In this document: positions 33,416 through 51,070 of the stretch, in pieces | Numbering within the stretch: position 1 is the stretch's first letter | Layout of the letters: each line of letters starts with the position of its first letter | Sequence record: MN850611.1 | Source of the DNA: Escherichia phage nataliec | Direction: 5' to 3' (one strand) | Length of the DNA: 64,000 bases | Notes under the pieces: generated by a model | Seen by the model: the letters and a program-made list of their open reading frames with translations, nothing else | Databases searched by the model: none | What the model was told of the DNA's origin: nothing | Translations under genes and position numbers: made by a program

Positions 33416-34882
33416 ATGGCAGATATTACAGAAACACAAGAAAGCTTACCACCATTTAGAATGGGTGAAGTAGGTTCTTTGGGTCTGAAGGTTAAGAATG
33501 GAAGAATCTATGAAGAACCTCGTCAGGCACTAAGGTTCCCTGAAAGTATTAAAACTTTCCAATTAATGATGCGTGACCCTGCTGTAGCAGCATCTGTAAA
33601 TATTATTAAGATGTTTGTCAGAAAAGTCAACTGGAGATTCGTACCTCCAAAGGGAAAAGAGCAAGACCCTAAAATGCTTGAAAGAGCAGACTTCTTTAAT
33701 TCTTTAATGGATGACATGGAGCATGATTGGGCAGATTTTATTAACTCTGTAATGTCATTCTGCACTTATGGGTTCTGTGTTAACGAGAAAGTTTATAAGA
33801 AGCGTCAGGGTAAAAAAGGAAAGTACCAGTCAAAATTTGATGATGGTCTAATTGGATGGGCTAAATTACCAATCAGAAACCAATCAACACTTGATAAGTG
33901 GTATTTTGACGAAGACTTTAGAAAAGTTACTGGTGTTAGACAGAATCTGAGAAATGTTTCACATATTGCTGGAGCAATTAATCTTGGAGAAAGACCACTA
34001 ACAAGAAAACTTCCACGAGCTAAATTCATGCTGTTTAAGTATGATGATGAATATGGAAACCCAGAAGGTCGTTCACCATTACTTAATGCCTATGTACCGT
34101 GGAAGTATAAAGTTCAGATTGAAGAGTACGAAGCTGTTGGTGTTTCAAGAGACTTGGTAGGTATGCCAAAGATTGGTTTACCACCAGATTATCTGGATGA
34201 AAATGCAGAACCTGAAAAGAAAGCTTTCGTACAATACTGCAAAACTGTTGTTAACGATATGATTGCTAATGATAGAGCAGGTTTAATCTGGCCTAGATAT
34301 ATCGACCCAGATACTAAAGAGGATATTTTCGAGTTCTCATTAGTTTCTAGACAGGGTGCTAAAGCATACGATACAGGTTCTATTATTGACAGATATTCCA
34401 AGCAGATTATGATGGCATTTATGTCAGATGTTCTTGCTATGGGTCAGTCAAAATATGGTTCATTCTCTCTTGCAGATTCTAAGACAAGTTTACTAGCGAT
34501 GTCAGTAGATATTCTGCTGAAGCAAATTAAGAACGTAATTAACCGTGATTTAGTTGCACAGACTTATGCTCTTAATATGTGGGACGATGAAGAACATGTA
34601 CAAATCACTTACGATGATATCGAAACTCCAGACCTTGAAGCAATTGGTTCTTATATCCAGAAGACTGTTGCAGTAGGTGCTTTGGAAGTTGACAAAGAGC
34701 TATCTAACAAGCTTAGAGAGCATATTGGTCTTCCTCCTGCTGATGAGTCTCAGCCAGTATCTGAAAAGCTTTCTCCAAATAGTCAAAGCCGTTCAGGAGA
34801 TGGTTATAAGACCGCTGGAGAAGGTACTGCAAAGACACCTTCAGCGAAAGACCCAAGCACAGCAAATAAGGCAAATAAATAA
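33416..34882 (+). CDS. portal protein (by position and size)
   Basis: About 489 aa directly after the large terminase and before the protease; ATG at 33416 with SD aggtgag. Confidence 0.55.
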   Translation: MADITETQESLPPFRMGEVGSLGLKVKNGRIYEEPRQALRFPESIKTFQLMMRDPAVAASVNIIKMFVRKVNWRFVPPKGKEQDPKMLERADFFNSLMDDMEHDWADFINSVMSFCTYGFCVNEKVYKKRQGKKGKYQSKFDDGLIGWAKLPIRNQSTLDKWYFDEDFRKVTGVRQNLRNVSHIAGAINLGERPLTRKLPRAKFMLFKYDDEYGNPEGRSPLLNAYVPWKYKVQIEEYEAVGVSRDLVGMPKIGLPPDYLDENAEPEKKAFVQYCKTVVNDMIANDRAGLIWPRYIDPDTKEDIFEFSLVSRQGAKAYDTGSIIDRYSKQIMMAFMSDVLAMGQSKYGSFSLADSKTSLLAMSVDILLKQIKNVINRDLVAQTYALNMWDDEEHVQITYDDIETPDLEAIGSYIQKTVAVGALEVDKELSNKLREHIGLPPADESQPVSEKLSPNSQSRSGDGYKTAGEGTAKTPSAKDPSTANKANK

Positions 34883-35382
34883 TGGCTGAAGTTATCTCTA
34901 TTTCAAATGCTACACGAGTGCATTCGTATAGAGGTGTTCTTATTATCACTGACAAATTATCTGTAGGGGCTGGCTCAAGGGTCAGCCTTTCAGGTTATGT
35001 AAGTGATGGTGGAACCTCTGACGTTTTCACTATTTGTAGGTTACTTGATGCTCCAATGAGTGGAAAACCGTTTATTTCAGGAAATTGTAGTGAAATTGTT
35101 AAAATTCCATTTGACAGTTCATGCCTTTTGGGTGTAAAGTTATATAACTGCGAGAATAAACGTATCAATGTTAATAGCATTGAAGCCGCTTTCATTACCC
35201 TCGACACTGCATTTCAATCTCCAATGACAGTTAATAAAGAAACAAACAGACTTGAATACATTTTTTCACAAAATGATTACAAAGTACTTGTCAAAGGCAA
35301 AGTATATGATATGATTGTAAATGTGGTAGATGAATCTGGTAACCATTCAACAGTCCTTAAACAAAAAGTAAGGTTTAATTAA
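34882..35382 (+). CDS. hypothetical virion-associated protein
   Basis: 166 aa ORF, translationally coupled (ATGA overlap). Confidence 0.4.
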   Translation: MAEVISISNATRVHSYRGVLIITDKLSVGAGSRVSLSGYVSDGGTSDVFTICRLLDAPMSGKPFISGNCSEIVKIPFDSSCLLGVKLYNCENKRINVNSIEAAFITLDTAFQSPMTVNKETNRLEYIFSQNDYKVLVKGKVYDMIVNVVDESGNHSTVLKQKVRFN

Positions 35383-35714
35383 TGGGAACATTAACTATTG
35401 ATGGTAAGAATAAAATCCTCGCCACGCTAACCCCAACGACTATTATTTTACACAATGTAGACCCAACGGCAGACCCTACAGCAAATAAGGTTACTCAGCC
35501 AGTGGCTATTTATTTTTCTGAACCGGATAATGGCTTAATTGCCTCAGAAGATACAGTTAATATTACTGTTCCAGCTTCTGCAACGGTCTCACACTATAGC
35601 TTGTGGGATGCTAACGATAAATGCGTGGCAACTGGTGCTCTTAGCAAACCTCAATTCTTTGCTGAAGAAGGTATCTATGTTATCTCTTCAGTCTCTGTAG
35701 ATTTAAACAAATAG
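35382..35714 (+). CDS. hypothetical protein
   Basis: 110 aa ORF. Confidence 0.4.
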   Translation: MGTLTIDGKNKILATLTPTTIILHNVDPTADPTANKVTQPVAIYFSEPDNGLIASEDTVNITVPASATVSHYSLWDANDKCVATGALSKPQFFAEEGIYVISSVSVDLNK

Positions 35715-35725
35715 GGTGAGTAAAA

Positions 35726-37072
35726 ATGAGTTCGAATATCTTCAGACTTGCTGATAGATTATTCAACCAACCTTTACTAGCCACTGAATCATTAGCTCAC
35801 TCAGCAGCAACTTATGTGAATAACAGATTGCTGGGTGATGTCCAAGCAGCAGTAAACTTTGATAAACCCAAAGGTGAAGCAAGAAGTCTTTTAAAAGTAA
35901 AAGATGACATTGCTATTATTCCTATTATGGGTGGTTTAACCCATCGTATGACATTCATTGATGCAATGTGTACAGGTGGATTAAGCTCTTATGAAGGTTT
36001 GCGTAGAGGCTTTGACGAAGCTTTAGCAGATGAGTCAATCAAGACTATTGTTCTGCACATCGATTCTGGTGGTGGTGAAGCTTCAGGTTGCTTTGAATTA
36101 GCACGTCACATTATGGCTTCAAGAGGCCAAAAGAAAATTATTGCTTATGTAGATGAGTTCGCTTGTTCCGCTGCATACGCTCTTGCATCTTCTGCTGAAG
36201 AAATTATTGCATCACCAGATGCAGATGTTGGTTCTATTGGTGTAATTATGGTTCATCAGGAATTAACTAAGGCATTTGAAAAGAATGGCGTAACAATTAA
36301 CGTCATCAAAGCTGGTGAGTTTAAAGGTATGGGTTCACCATTCCAAGCACTCTCAGAAGAAAGCAAAGAAAGACTTCAAAAGAGAATTAATGATACCTAC
36401 GCAACCTTTACAGGTTTTGTAGCCGAATCTCGTAATCTCTCTGAAGAAGCTGTAAAGAATACTGAGGCGAATGTTTATTCTGCTCAGGAAGCTCTTGAAC
36501 TTGGTTTAATTAATTCAATCATGTCTCAAGATGATTTCTTAAATTACTTACAAGGTTCTGAAGAGGCTCCTGTAAGTTTAAACGTTAACAATTCAGGTGA
36601 AGAAATGACTGAACAAGAAAAGCAAGAACTAGAAGCTTTGCGTCTTCAGGTTGCTCAAATGAAAGCTAAAGAACAGGAAGCTGCTTTGTCAGATTTGACT
36701 AATAAGATTTCTGCTTCTGCTGAAGCTTTTGGATTTGATGCAAAAGAAGCTGCAACGACTATTTTAGGTGCTGGTCTTGATAACCCTCTGAGTGTTCTGT
36801 TTATGAATGCTATGGAAGGTGCTAACCAGAAACTTAATGAAACTATCGCGTCCCATGCTTCTGCAATGGAAGAAAAAGAATCAGAAATTACCAAGCTGAA
36901 AGAAACTGCTGGTGCTGTTCTTGAACATTCCAACGCTATGGAAGAAATGGGTAATGACGGCGAAGCTGATTTGGTTGAAGAAGAAAAAGAACCAGCTAAG
37001 AATGCTTCCGAAGACACCGCTGAACAACGCAAACTGGCTCTCCAGAATGCTCTAAAATCTCTTATCAAATAA
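35726..37072 (+). CDS. prohead protease (S49/ClpP-fold) fused to a scaffold-like coiled-coil domain
   Basis: IVLHIDSGGGEASG and catalytic-Ser context FACSAAYALASSA match S49 peptidases; C-terminal half is Glu/Lys/Ala-rich helical. Confidence 0.7.
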   Translation: MSSNIFRLADRLFNQPLLATESLAHSAATYVNNRLLGDVQAAVNFDKPKGEARSLLKVKDDIAIIPIMGGLTHRMTFIDAMCTGGLSSYEGLRRGFDEALADESIKTIVLHIDSGGGEASGCFELARHIMASRGQKKIIAYVDEFACSAAYALASSAEEIIASPDADVGSIGVIMVHQELTKAFEKNGVTINVIKAGEFKGMGSPFQALSEESKERLQKRINDTYATFTGFVAESRNLSEEAVKNTEANVYSAQEALELGLINSIMSQDDFLNYLQGSEEAPVSLNVNNSGEEMTEQEKQELEALRLQVAQMKAKEQEAALSDLTNKISASAEAFGFDAKEAATTILGAGLDNPLSVLFMNAMEGANQKLNETIASHASAMEEKESEITKLKETAGAVLEHSNAMEEMGNDGEADLVEEEKEPAKNASEDTAEQRKLALQNALKSLIK

Positions 37073-37083
37073 GGAACACAATA

Positions 37084-37461
37084 ATGGCATATCAAGGTTT
37101 TACTAAGTTAGGTAACAGAGAACCTCTGAATGATATCATTCTTTGGGAACAGATTACCCCAACAGGCCACTCTCGTAAAGAGTACACTCCACAGGCATCT
37201 ACAGAGTATCGTGTAGGTGAAGTTCTGAAAGCAGATGGTACTAAGGTACAAGCTGGAGAAGAAGCCCAAGCAGACTCTGTATGTATCGTTAATTTCTACG
37301 CAGACCTGCAACTGTCTTATCATGGTCAGTTGAAAGTAGTAGGTATCCACCGTGATGCAGAACTGAAAGACCTGCTAACTCTTGAATCAAGCGTTGATGC
37401 TACTGAAGTCAAGAAAGCTCTGGCTGCTAAAGGTATTGATTTCGTACCAACTGGCCTGTAA
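37084..37461 (+). CDS. putative head decoration protein
   Basis: 125 aa gene between protease-scaffold and major capsid protein, the lambda gpD position. Confidence 0.35.
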   Translation: MAYQGFTKLGNREPLNDIILWEQITPTGHSRKEYTPQASTEYRVGEVLKADGTKVQAGEEAQADSVCIVNFYADLQLSYHGQLKVVGIHRDAELKDLLTLESSVDATEVKKALAAKGIDFVPTGL

Positions 37462-37494
37462 TAACAATAATAAGACATTCTGGAGAATTTTACA

Positions 37495-38598
37495 ATGTTG
37501 ACTAATTCTGAAAAAAGCAGATTTTTCCTTGCTGACCTGACTGGTGAAGTCCAGTCTATCCCAAATACTTATGGGTATATTTCCAACTTAGGTCTGTTCC
37601 GTTCAGCACCAATCACCCAAACTACTTTCCTTATGGACTTGACTGATTGGGATGTTAGCTTGCTTGATGCGGTAGACCGTGATAGCCGTAAAGCAGAGAC
37701 TAGCGCACCTGAGCGTGTTCGTCAAATCAGCTTCCCAATGATGTACTTCAAAGAAGTTGAAAGCATCACTCCTGATGAAATTCAGGGTGTACGTCAGCCA
37801 GGCACTGCAAACGAACTGACTACTGAAGCTGTAGTACGTGCTAAGAAGCTGATGAAGATTCGTACCAAGTTCGATATTACTCGTGAGTTCCTGTTTATGC
37901 AAGCTCTGAAGGGTAAAGTTGTTGATGCTCGTGGTACTCTGTATGCTGACCTGTACAAGCAGTTCGACGTTGAGAAGAAAACTGTTTACTTCGACCTTGA
38001 CAACCCTAATGCTGACATCGACGCTTCTATTGAAGAACTGCGTATGCACATGGAAGACGAAGCTAAGACTGGCACTGTAATCAACGGTGAAGAAATTCAC
38101 GTAGTTGTTGACCGTGTATTCTTCAGCAAACTGGTTAAGCATCCTAAGATTCGTGACGCTTATCTTGCACAGCAGACTCCGCTGGCTTGGCAACAGATTA
38201 CTGGTTCTCTGAGAACTGGTGGTACTGACGGCGTTCAGGCTCACATGAACACCTTCTACTACGGTGGTGTTAAGTTTGTCCAGTACAACGGTAAGTTCAA
38301 AGACAAGCGTGGTAAGGTTCATACTCTGGTGAGCATTGATGGTGCTGGTGCAGAGGTTGGTGTAGGACACGCTTTCCCTAACGTTTCTATGCTTGGTGAA
38401 GCAAACAACATCTTCGAAGTGGCTTATGGTCCATGTCCTAAGATGGGTTACGCAAATACACTTGGTCAGGAACTGTACGTATTCGAATATGAAAAAGACC
38501 GTGACGAAGGTATTGACTTCGAAGCTCACTCTTACATGCTGCCATACTGTACTCGTCCTCAGTTGCTGGTAGATGTTCGTGCTGACGCTAAAGACTAA
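37495..38598 (+). CDS. major capsid protein
   Basis: 367 aa, directly after protease and decoration genes, strong RBS ggaga, codon usage typical of highly expressed genes. Confidence 0.65.
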   Translation: MLTNSEKSRFFLADLTGEVQSIPNTYGYISNLGLFRSAPITQTTFLMDLTDWDVSLLDAVDRDSRKAETSAPERVRQISFPMMYFKEVESITPDEIQGVRQPGTANELTTEAVVRAKKLMKIRTKFDITREFLFMQALKGKVVDARGTLYADLYKQFDVEKKTVYFDLDNPNADIDASIEELRMHMEDEAKTGTVINGEEIHVVVDRVFFSKLVKHPKIRDAYLAQQTPLAWQQITGSLRTGGTDGVQAHMNTFYYGGVKFVQYNGKFKDKRGKVHTLVSIDGAGAEVGVGHAFPNVSMLGEANNIFEVAYGPCPKMGYANTLGQELYVFEYEKDRDEGIDFEAHSYMLPYCTRPQLLVDVRADAKD

Positions 38599-38619
38599 TA
38601 TTCTTAAGGAGGGTTATGA

Positions 38620-39069
38620 ATGTGTTATACAGGCGACCCAGCCAATAACCCTCTTGATAGAGTAAGAATCCTCTGCACAGACACCAATAATGATGAAATT
38701 CTTATTGAACAGTCTGTGCTAGAGTGGTTCTATCTAGAATCTGGAAAGGATGAAAAGAAAGCAGCCATCAAAGCTCTTAAATATTTACTCTTTCAAGTAG
38801 CCAAGATGGGAGATGAGAAGGTTGGTGGTGTTTATTTACGTAACTCTTCCAGATTCAAATCTCTGAAAGCTGTTTATGACGACCTTGTTAAAAGCTCTGT
38901 TTCAGGACTACCCTATGCAGGTGGTATTAATCAGTGTGACATTGATATGCGTCGTCAGAATCCTTGCTCTGTCAAGAAATACACAGAATATGGTGATGCT
39001 GCCAGATACGAAGGCAGAGATTACTGCAACCGTGTTAATGGCGTATTTATTATCGAGCGAGATGAATAA
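38620..39069 (+). CDS. head completion / head-tail connector protein (by position)
   Basis: 149 aa, RBS aaggagg, first of four small genes between capsid and sheath. Confidence 0.4.
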   Translation: MCYTGDPANNPLDRVRILCTDTNNDEILIEQSVLEWFYLESGKDEKKAAIKALKYLLFQVAKMGDEKVGGVYLRNSSRFKSLKAVYDDLVKSSVSGLPYAGGINQCDIDMRRQNPCSVKKYTEYGDAARYEGRDYCNRVNGVFIIERDE

Positions 39070-39551
39070 TGGTTAAAAGGGTTATTCACCCCGCTAGAGC
39101 AAAATTAGTCGGGGCTATGAAGAACTTGCAAACGGCTAATGCTCAAGTTGGGTATTTTCAAGAACAAGGTCAACATAGCTCTGGTTTTTCTTATCCTGCT
39201 TTAATGTATTTACAAGAAGTTATTGGGGTTCCTTCAGCTTCTGGTAAAGTATATCGTAGGTTGTTTGAAATCACTATGATGCTAAACAGACAGACCTTGT
39301 TAGAGCAGACTAAGAAGAATCTATATAAGCAACTTAGCAGTCTCAACGTAGACCCCTCAGATACCTTAGAAGCATTTGCAAAGAATGCTCAAAAGGCAAT
39401 TAAAAGAGGTTTTGGTAATTCTGCTATCCTCCCTCCTAACGCACCTTCCACAGTCAAGAAAAAAGGCTTTAATGCACCTCTTGTTGAGACAGGTGACTTA
39501 AGGGATAACCTTGCTTATAAAATTTCTACTAAGAAGGGTATTAAAAAATGA
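39069..39551 (+). CDS. head-tail joining protein (by position)
   Basis: 160 aa, coupled. Confidence 0.4.
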   Translation: MVKRVIHPARAKLVGAMKNLQTANAQVGYFQEQGQHSSGFSYPALMYLQEVIGVPSASGKVYRRLFEITMMLNRQTLLEQTKKNLYKQLSSLNVDPSDTLEAFAKNAQKAIKRGFGNSAILPPNAPSTVKKKGFNAPLVETGDLRDNLAYKISTKKGIKK

Positions 39552-39949
39552 GGCTCTTAAACAGACACAGCTTTGTAGTAAAGCGTAAAGTCTCTGAAGA
39601 CGGTTATTATAATGACGATGGTGATTGGGTAGCTTCACAAGATATTGTAGAGGTTAACTGTAAAGGTAATATCCAGCCATATATCAAAGGCTCTGTAAAG
39701 AACGGTACACAGATTGCTTTACCGGAAGGTATTAGACTAACCGATACAAGAATCCTGTATACTACATATAAACTTAGAACTTCAGATGATGTAGAGTGGA
39801 ATGAGTCTGATATTGTTATGATTGATGGTCATGAGTATGAAGTATTTATGACTATGGATTGGTCACAGCAATTAGCCCATACATCCCATTATGAATATAT
39901 CATTATTAGAAGGGATAAAATGAATGCAGTTAGAAACAGCAGAACTTGA
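39548..39949 (+). CDS. tail completion protein (by position)
   Basis: 133 aa, coupled. Confidence 0.35.
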   Translation: MRLLNRHSFVVKRKVSEDGYYNDDGDWVASQDIVEVNCKGNIQPYIKGSVKNGTQIALPEGIRLTDTRILYTTYKLRTSDDVEWNESDIVMIDGHEYEVFMTMDWSQQLAHTSHYEYIIIRRDKMNAVRNSRT

Positions 39950-40523
39950 AAAAGGTCTAGTTAGAACCTTAGTGGATGTTATTGGTCACAGATTAGCTCG
40001 TGATAAAAATAATAGACCAAACGTAATTAGAGCTTACCCTTCTGATAACTCAAATGACAAAGGTTTAAAACCTGACCAGCCATTTATTACCGTATATTGT
40101 CAAGATGCTGCAACACCTTATGGTTGGGTTCTTGATAAGTTTGTTGAAGATGATGTAGTTTGTTACAGAATCGCTTTTCAGATTCCTGTATTGATTACGG
40201 TAAATGGTAAAGGTGCTCACAGTATTATGCTTGAGCTTAAACAAAGATTAGAGATGAGTTCAGTCAGAGATTTAATCCTTGAAGAAACAGGAGCTACAGT
40301 ATTAGACACTGGAGCAATCCCTAACGATTACACTTATCTCAATACAGATTTCGAAAATTCTGCGCCTCTTGTTGTAACTCTTGTAAAAAACTCAGTCCTG
40401 AAAGATGAACGTGGAAGTATTATTGAGCGTGTCATTGTTGATGGTGAGTTGGTTTATGAAGAAGGGCAAGAGCCACCAGAATATACTATCCATCTAGATG
40501 TAGACTCCAAAGGGGTAAAATAA
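39924..40523 (+). CDS. tail completion / sheath terminator protein (by position)
   Basis: 199 aa, immediately before the sheath gene. Confidence 0.35.
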   Translation: MQLETAELEKGLVRTLVDVIGHRLARDKNNRPNVIRAYPSDNSNDKGLKPDQPFITVYCQDAATPYGWVLDKFVEDDVVCYRIAFQIPVLITVNGKGAHSIMLELKQRLEMSSVRDLILEETGATVLDTGAIPNDYTYLNTDFENSAPLVVTLVKNSVLKDERGSIIERVIVDGELVYEEGQEPPEYTIHLDVDSKGVK

Positions 40524-41876
40524 ATGTGGAATCCAATTGTTAATGTAGATATTACATTGAACACCGCAGGAACTACAAGAGAAGGTTTTGGTTTGCCACT
40601 ATTCTTAGCTTCAACAGATAACTTTGAAGAAAGAGTGCGTGGTTATACTTCCTTAACTGAAGTTGCTGAAGATTTCGATGAGAATACTGCTGCATATAAG
40701 GCTGCTAAACAACTTTGGAGTCAGACTCCTAAAGTAACTCAGCTTTATATTGGTAGACGCGCTATGCAGTACACTGTATCAATTCCTGATGCCGTTACCG
40801 AAAGTACAGACTACTCAATTACTGTAGCTGTTGGTGGTGGAATTTCTCAACCATACCAGTACACAGCACAAGATTCAGACACTGCTGAGGTAGTGTTGCA
40901 ACAGTTTAAAACACAGATTGAAGCTGACCCAACAATCAAAGATAAGGTTTCTGTGAATGTAACTGGTAGCAATGGCTCTGCCACAATGATTATTACCAAA
41001 GCTGGTGATAATGACTTTGTGAAAGTAACAACCACAGCACAGACTGTATATATTGCAAGTACAACTGCTGATACAGCAGCAACTGCTCTGGCAGCTATCG
41101 AAGCTTACTCTACTGACTGGTATTTCATTGCAGCAGAAGACAGAACTCAACAGTTTGTCTTAGCAATGGCTTCTGAGATTCAGGCTCGTAAGAAAATCTT
41201 CTTTACAGCTAACTCCGATGTAACAGCCCTGCAAGGTACAGAATTAGCCAGTGCAAATGATGTTCCAGCACAGCTTGCTAAGAATATGTACACTCGTACA
41301 GTTTGCTTGTGGCATCACGCAGCAGCAGAAGATTACCCAGAGATGGCATACATTGCTTATGGTGCTCCATATGATGCAGGTTCAATTGCTTGGGGTAATG
41401 CTCAACTAACTGGTGTAGCAGCTTCTCTACAACCATCTAATCAGAGACCTCTGACAAGTATTCAGAAGTCTGCTTTAGATGTACGTCACTGTAACTTTAT
41501 TGACCTTGATGGTGGTGTTCCAGTGGTTCGTAGAGGGATTACTTCTGGTGGGGAATGGATTGATATCGTCCGTGGTGTTGACTGGTTGGAATCAGACCTG
41601 AAAACTTCTCTGAGAGACTTGCTAATTAACCAGAAGGGTGGTAAGATTACTTATGATGATACTGGTATTACCCGTATTCGTCAAGTCATTGAAACCTCTC
41701 TGCAAAGAGCAGTCAACAGAAACTTCCTGTCATCTTACACAGTTAATGTTCCTAAAGCCTCTCAAGTTGCTTTAGCAGACAAGAAAGCTCGTATCCTGAA
41801 AGATGTTACCTTCGCAGGTATCTTAGCAGGGGCTATCTTGGATGTTGACTTGAAAGGTACAGTGGCTTACGAATAA
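40524..41876 (+). CDS. tail sheath protein
   Basis: 450 aa, immediately upstream of the small tube gene and chaperone/tape-measure set. Confidence 0.55.
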   Translation: MWNPIVNVDITLNTAGTTREGFGLPLFLASTDNFEERVRGYTSLTEVAEDFDENTAAYKAAKQLWSQTPKVTQLYIGRRAMQYTVSIPDAVTESTDYSITVAVGGGISQPYQYTAQDSDTAEVVLQQFKTQIEADPTIKDKVSVNVTGSNGSATMIITKAGDNDFVKVTTTAQTVYIASTTADTAATALAAIEAYSTDWYFIAAEDRTQQFVLAMASEIQARKKIFFTANSDVTALQGTELASANDVPAQLAKNMYTRTVCLWHHAAAEDYPEMAYIAYGAPYDAGSIAWGNAQLTGVAASLQPSNQRPLTSIQKSALDVRHCNFIDLDGGVPVVRRGITSGGEWIDIVRGVDWLESDLKTSLRDLLINQKGGKITYDDTGITRIRQVIETSLQRAVNRNFLSSYTVNVPKASQVALADKKARILKDVTFAGILAGAILDVDLKGTVAYE

Positions 41877-41891
41877 TAGAGGTAAATTGGA

Positions 41892-42338
41892 ATGGCTATG
41901 TATCAGCAATATTCCCCTAAAGACGTTGTATGTAGCTGGAACGGCATTGCTATTGAAGGCTTTGCTCCAGACTCATTCTTGCGTCTACAGAGAACATCAC
42001 CACTTGTGACACCAGTTGTTGGTGCAGGTGGTCAAGTGGCTCTGACAAGAAATGCAGACAAGACAGGTACTATTGAGATTGAGTTAATGCAGACTTCTCT
42101 CTCTAACCAGATGCTTTCTGCAATTCAAGCTAAACAAGACAATATGGAACTTGAAGAAGATATCTCTTCTAACTTCGTAATCTACGACCCATCAGGCTCT
42201 GTTCTGGCAACTGGTATTAACGCTTGGTTGCAGGAGTTACCACAGATTGAACTTGGTCGTGACCAGAACTCTAAAACTTGGATTTTTGGTTGTGAGAAGT
42301 TAGACTACACTTCTACAATTCCAGCGTCAAGTGTTTAA
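41892..42338 (+). CDS. tail tube protein
   Basis: 148 aa after the sheath, followed by a strong terminator. Confidence 0.55.
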   Translation: MAMYQQYSPKDVVCSWNGIAIEGFAPDSFLRLQRTSPLVTPVVGAGGQVALTRNADKTGTIEIELMQTSLSNQMLSAIQAKQDNMELEEDISSNFVIYDPSGSVLATGINAWLQELPQIELGRDQNSKTWIFGCEKLDYTSTIPASSV

Positions 42339-42350
42339 TAAATCCTATAA

Positions 42351-42383
42351 GGGGGAGACTTTAAAAGGTCTTCCCCTTTTTTG
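42351..42383 (+). terminator. rho-independent terminator after the tail tube gene
   Basis: Hairpin gggggagac-tttaaaag-gtcttcccc followed by TTTTTT. Confidence 0.7.
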
Positions 42384-42411
42384 TTTCTTTTAAAAGTATT
42401 AAGGAATCACA

Positions 42412-42810
42412 ATGAAAACAGAATCTAGAGTAATTAATGGTAAGAAAGTAAATATCGTTCTGCTTGGGGCAAGAGATGGTATTAAGATGTCTATGAAGTT
42501 GGGTAAAATTGTTGTTCCAACCTTTGCACAGATGCTATCAAGTCTGACTGACAAGGGTAAGAAGGAAGCTCCAATGGTTCCATTTAAAGAGCTTGTTGAA
42601 GCTTGTTTTGACAGAATTGAAGAAATTAACCTTGAAGAGATGGCTACCTTATTATTTCAAGGGGCAACTGTTGATGACTTCCCACTTAATATTGATACGT
42701 ACTTCCAAGCAAACTACGGTGAGTTTATTGATTACTTAGCATTTGCGCTGGAGGCAAACTTCGGAAGTTTTTTCGAAGCAAGCATTTTCAAAAGCCTAAC
42801 TTCTCAGTAA
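42412..42810 (+). CDS. tail assembly chaperone
   Basis: 132 aa between tube and tape measure; slippery heptamer T TTT TTC at 42768-42774. Confidence 0.5.
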   Translation: MKTESRVINGKKVNIVLLGARDGIKMSMKLGKIVVPTFAQMLSSLTDKGKKEAPMVPFKELVEACFDRIEEINLEEMATLLFQGATVDDFPLNIDTYFQANYGEFIDYLAFALEANFGSFFEASIFKSLTSQ

Positions 42811-43051
42811 ACATGGGTAACACTCTACAGACACCACTAACTGATGCTGCTGTAGAGGCAACCTATGAAGAGGCAGACGAGATGAAATTTGTGCTTGCTA
42901 TTTATGGTATGGAAGGGTGTAAAGAAACACTTGACCAACTCTTTGCTATGACATTCTCTGATTTATTATCATTGAGACAATTTCTTGAAATTCAGAGGTC
43001 GTATAAAGAGGAAATTGCTTACAACGAACTTAGAAGAGCAGGAAAAATGTA

Positions 43052-43052
<1 letters not shown>
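42732..43052 (+). CDS. frameshift extension of the tail assembly chaperone (-1 frame)
   Basis: The -1 frame is open from 42732 and overlaps the 3' end of the chaperone gene; annotated ATG at 42813; the classic two-ORF arrangement before a tape measure. Confidence 0.4.
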
Positions 43053-51068
<8,016 letters not shown>

Positions 51069-51070
51069 TA

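Noticed and set aside
37603-38529. 308-aa minus-strand ORF antisense to the major capsid gene
   Set aside because: Fully embedded antisense to a strongly supported structural gene; no RBS and low-complexity translation. Antisense artefact.
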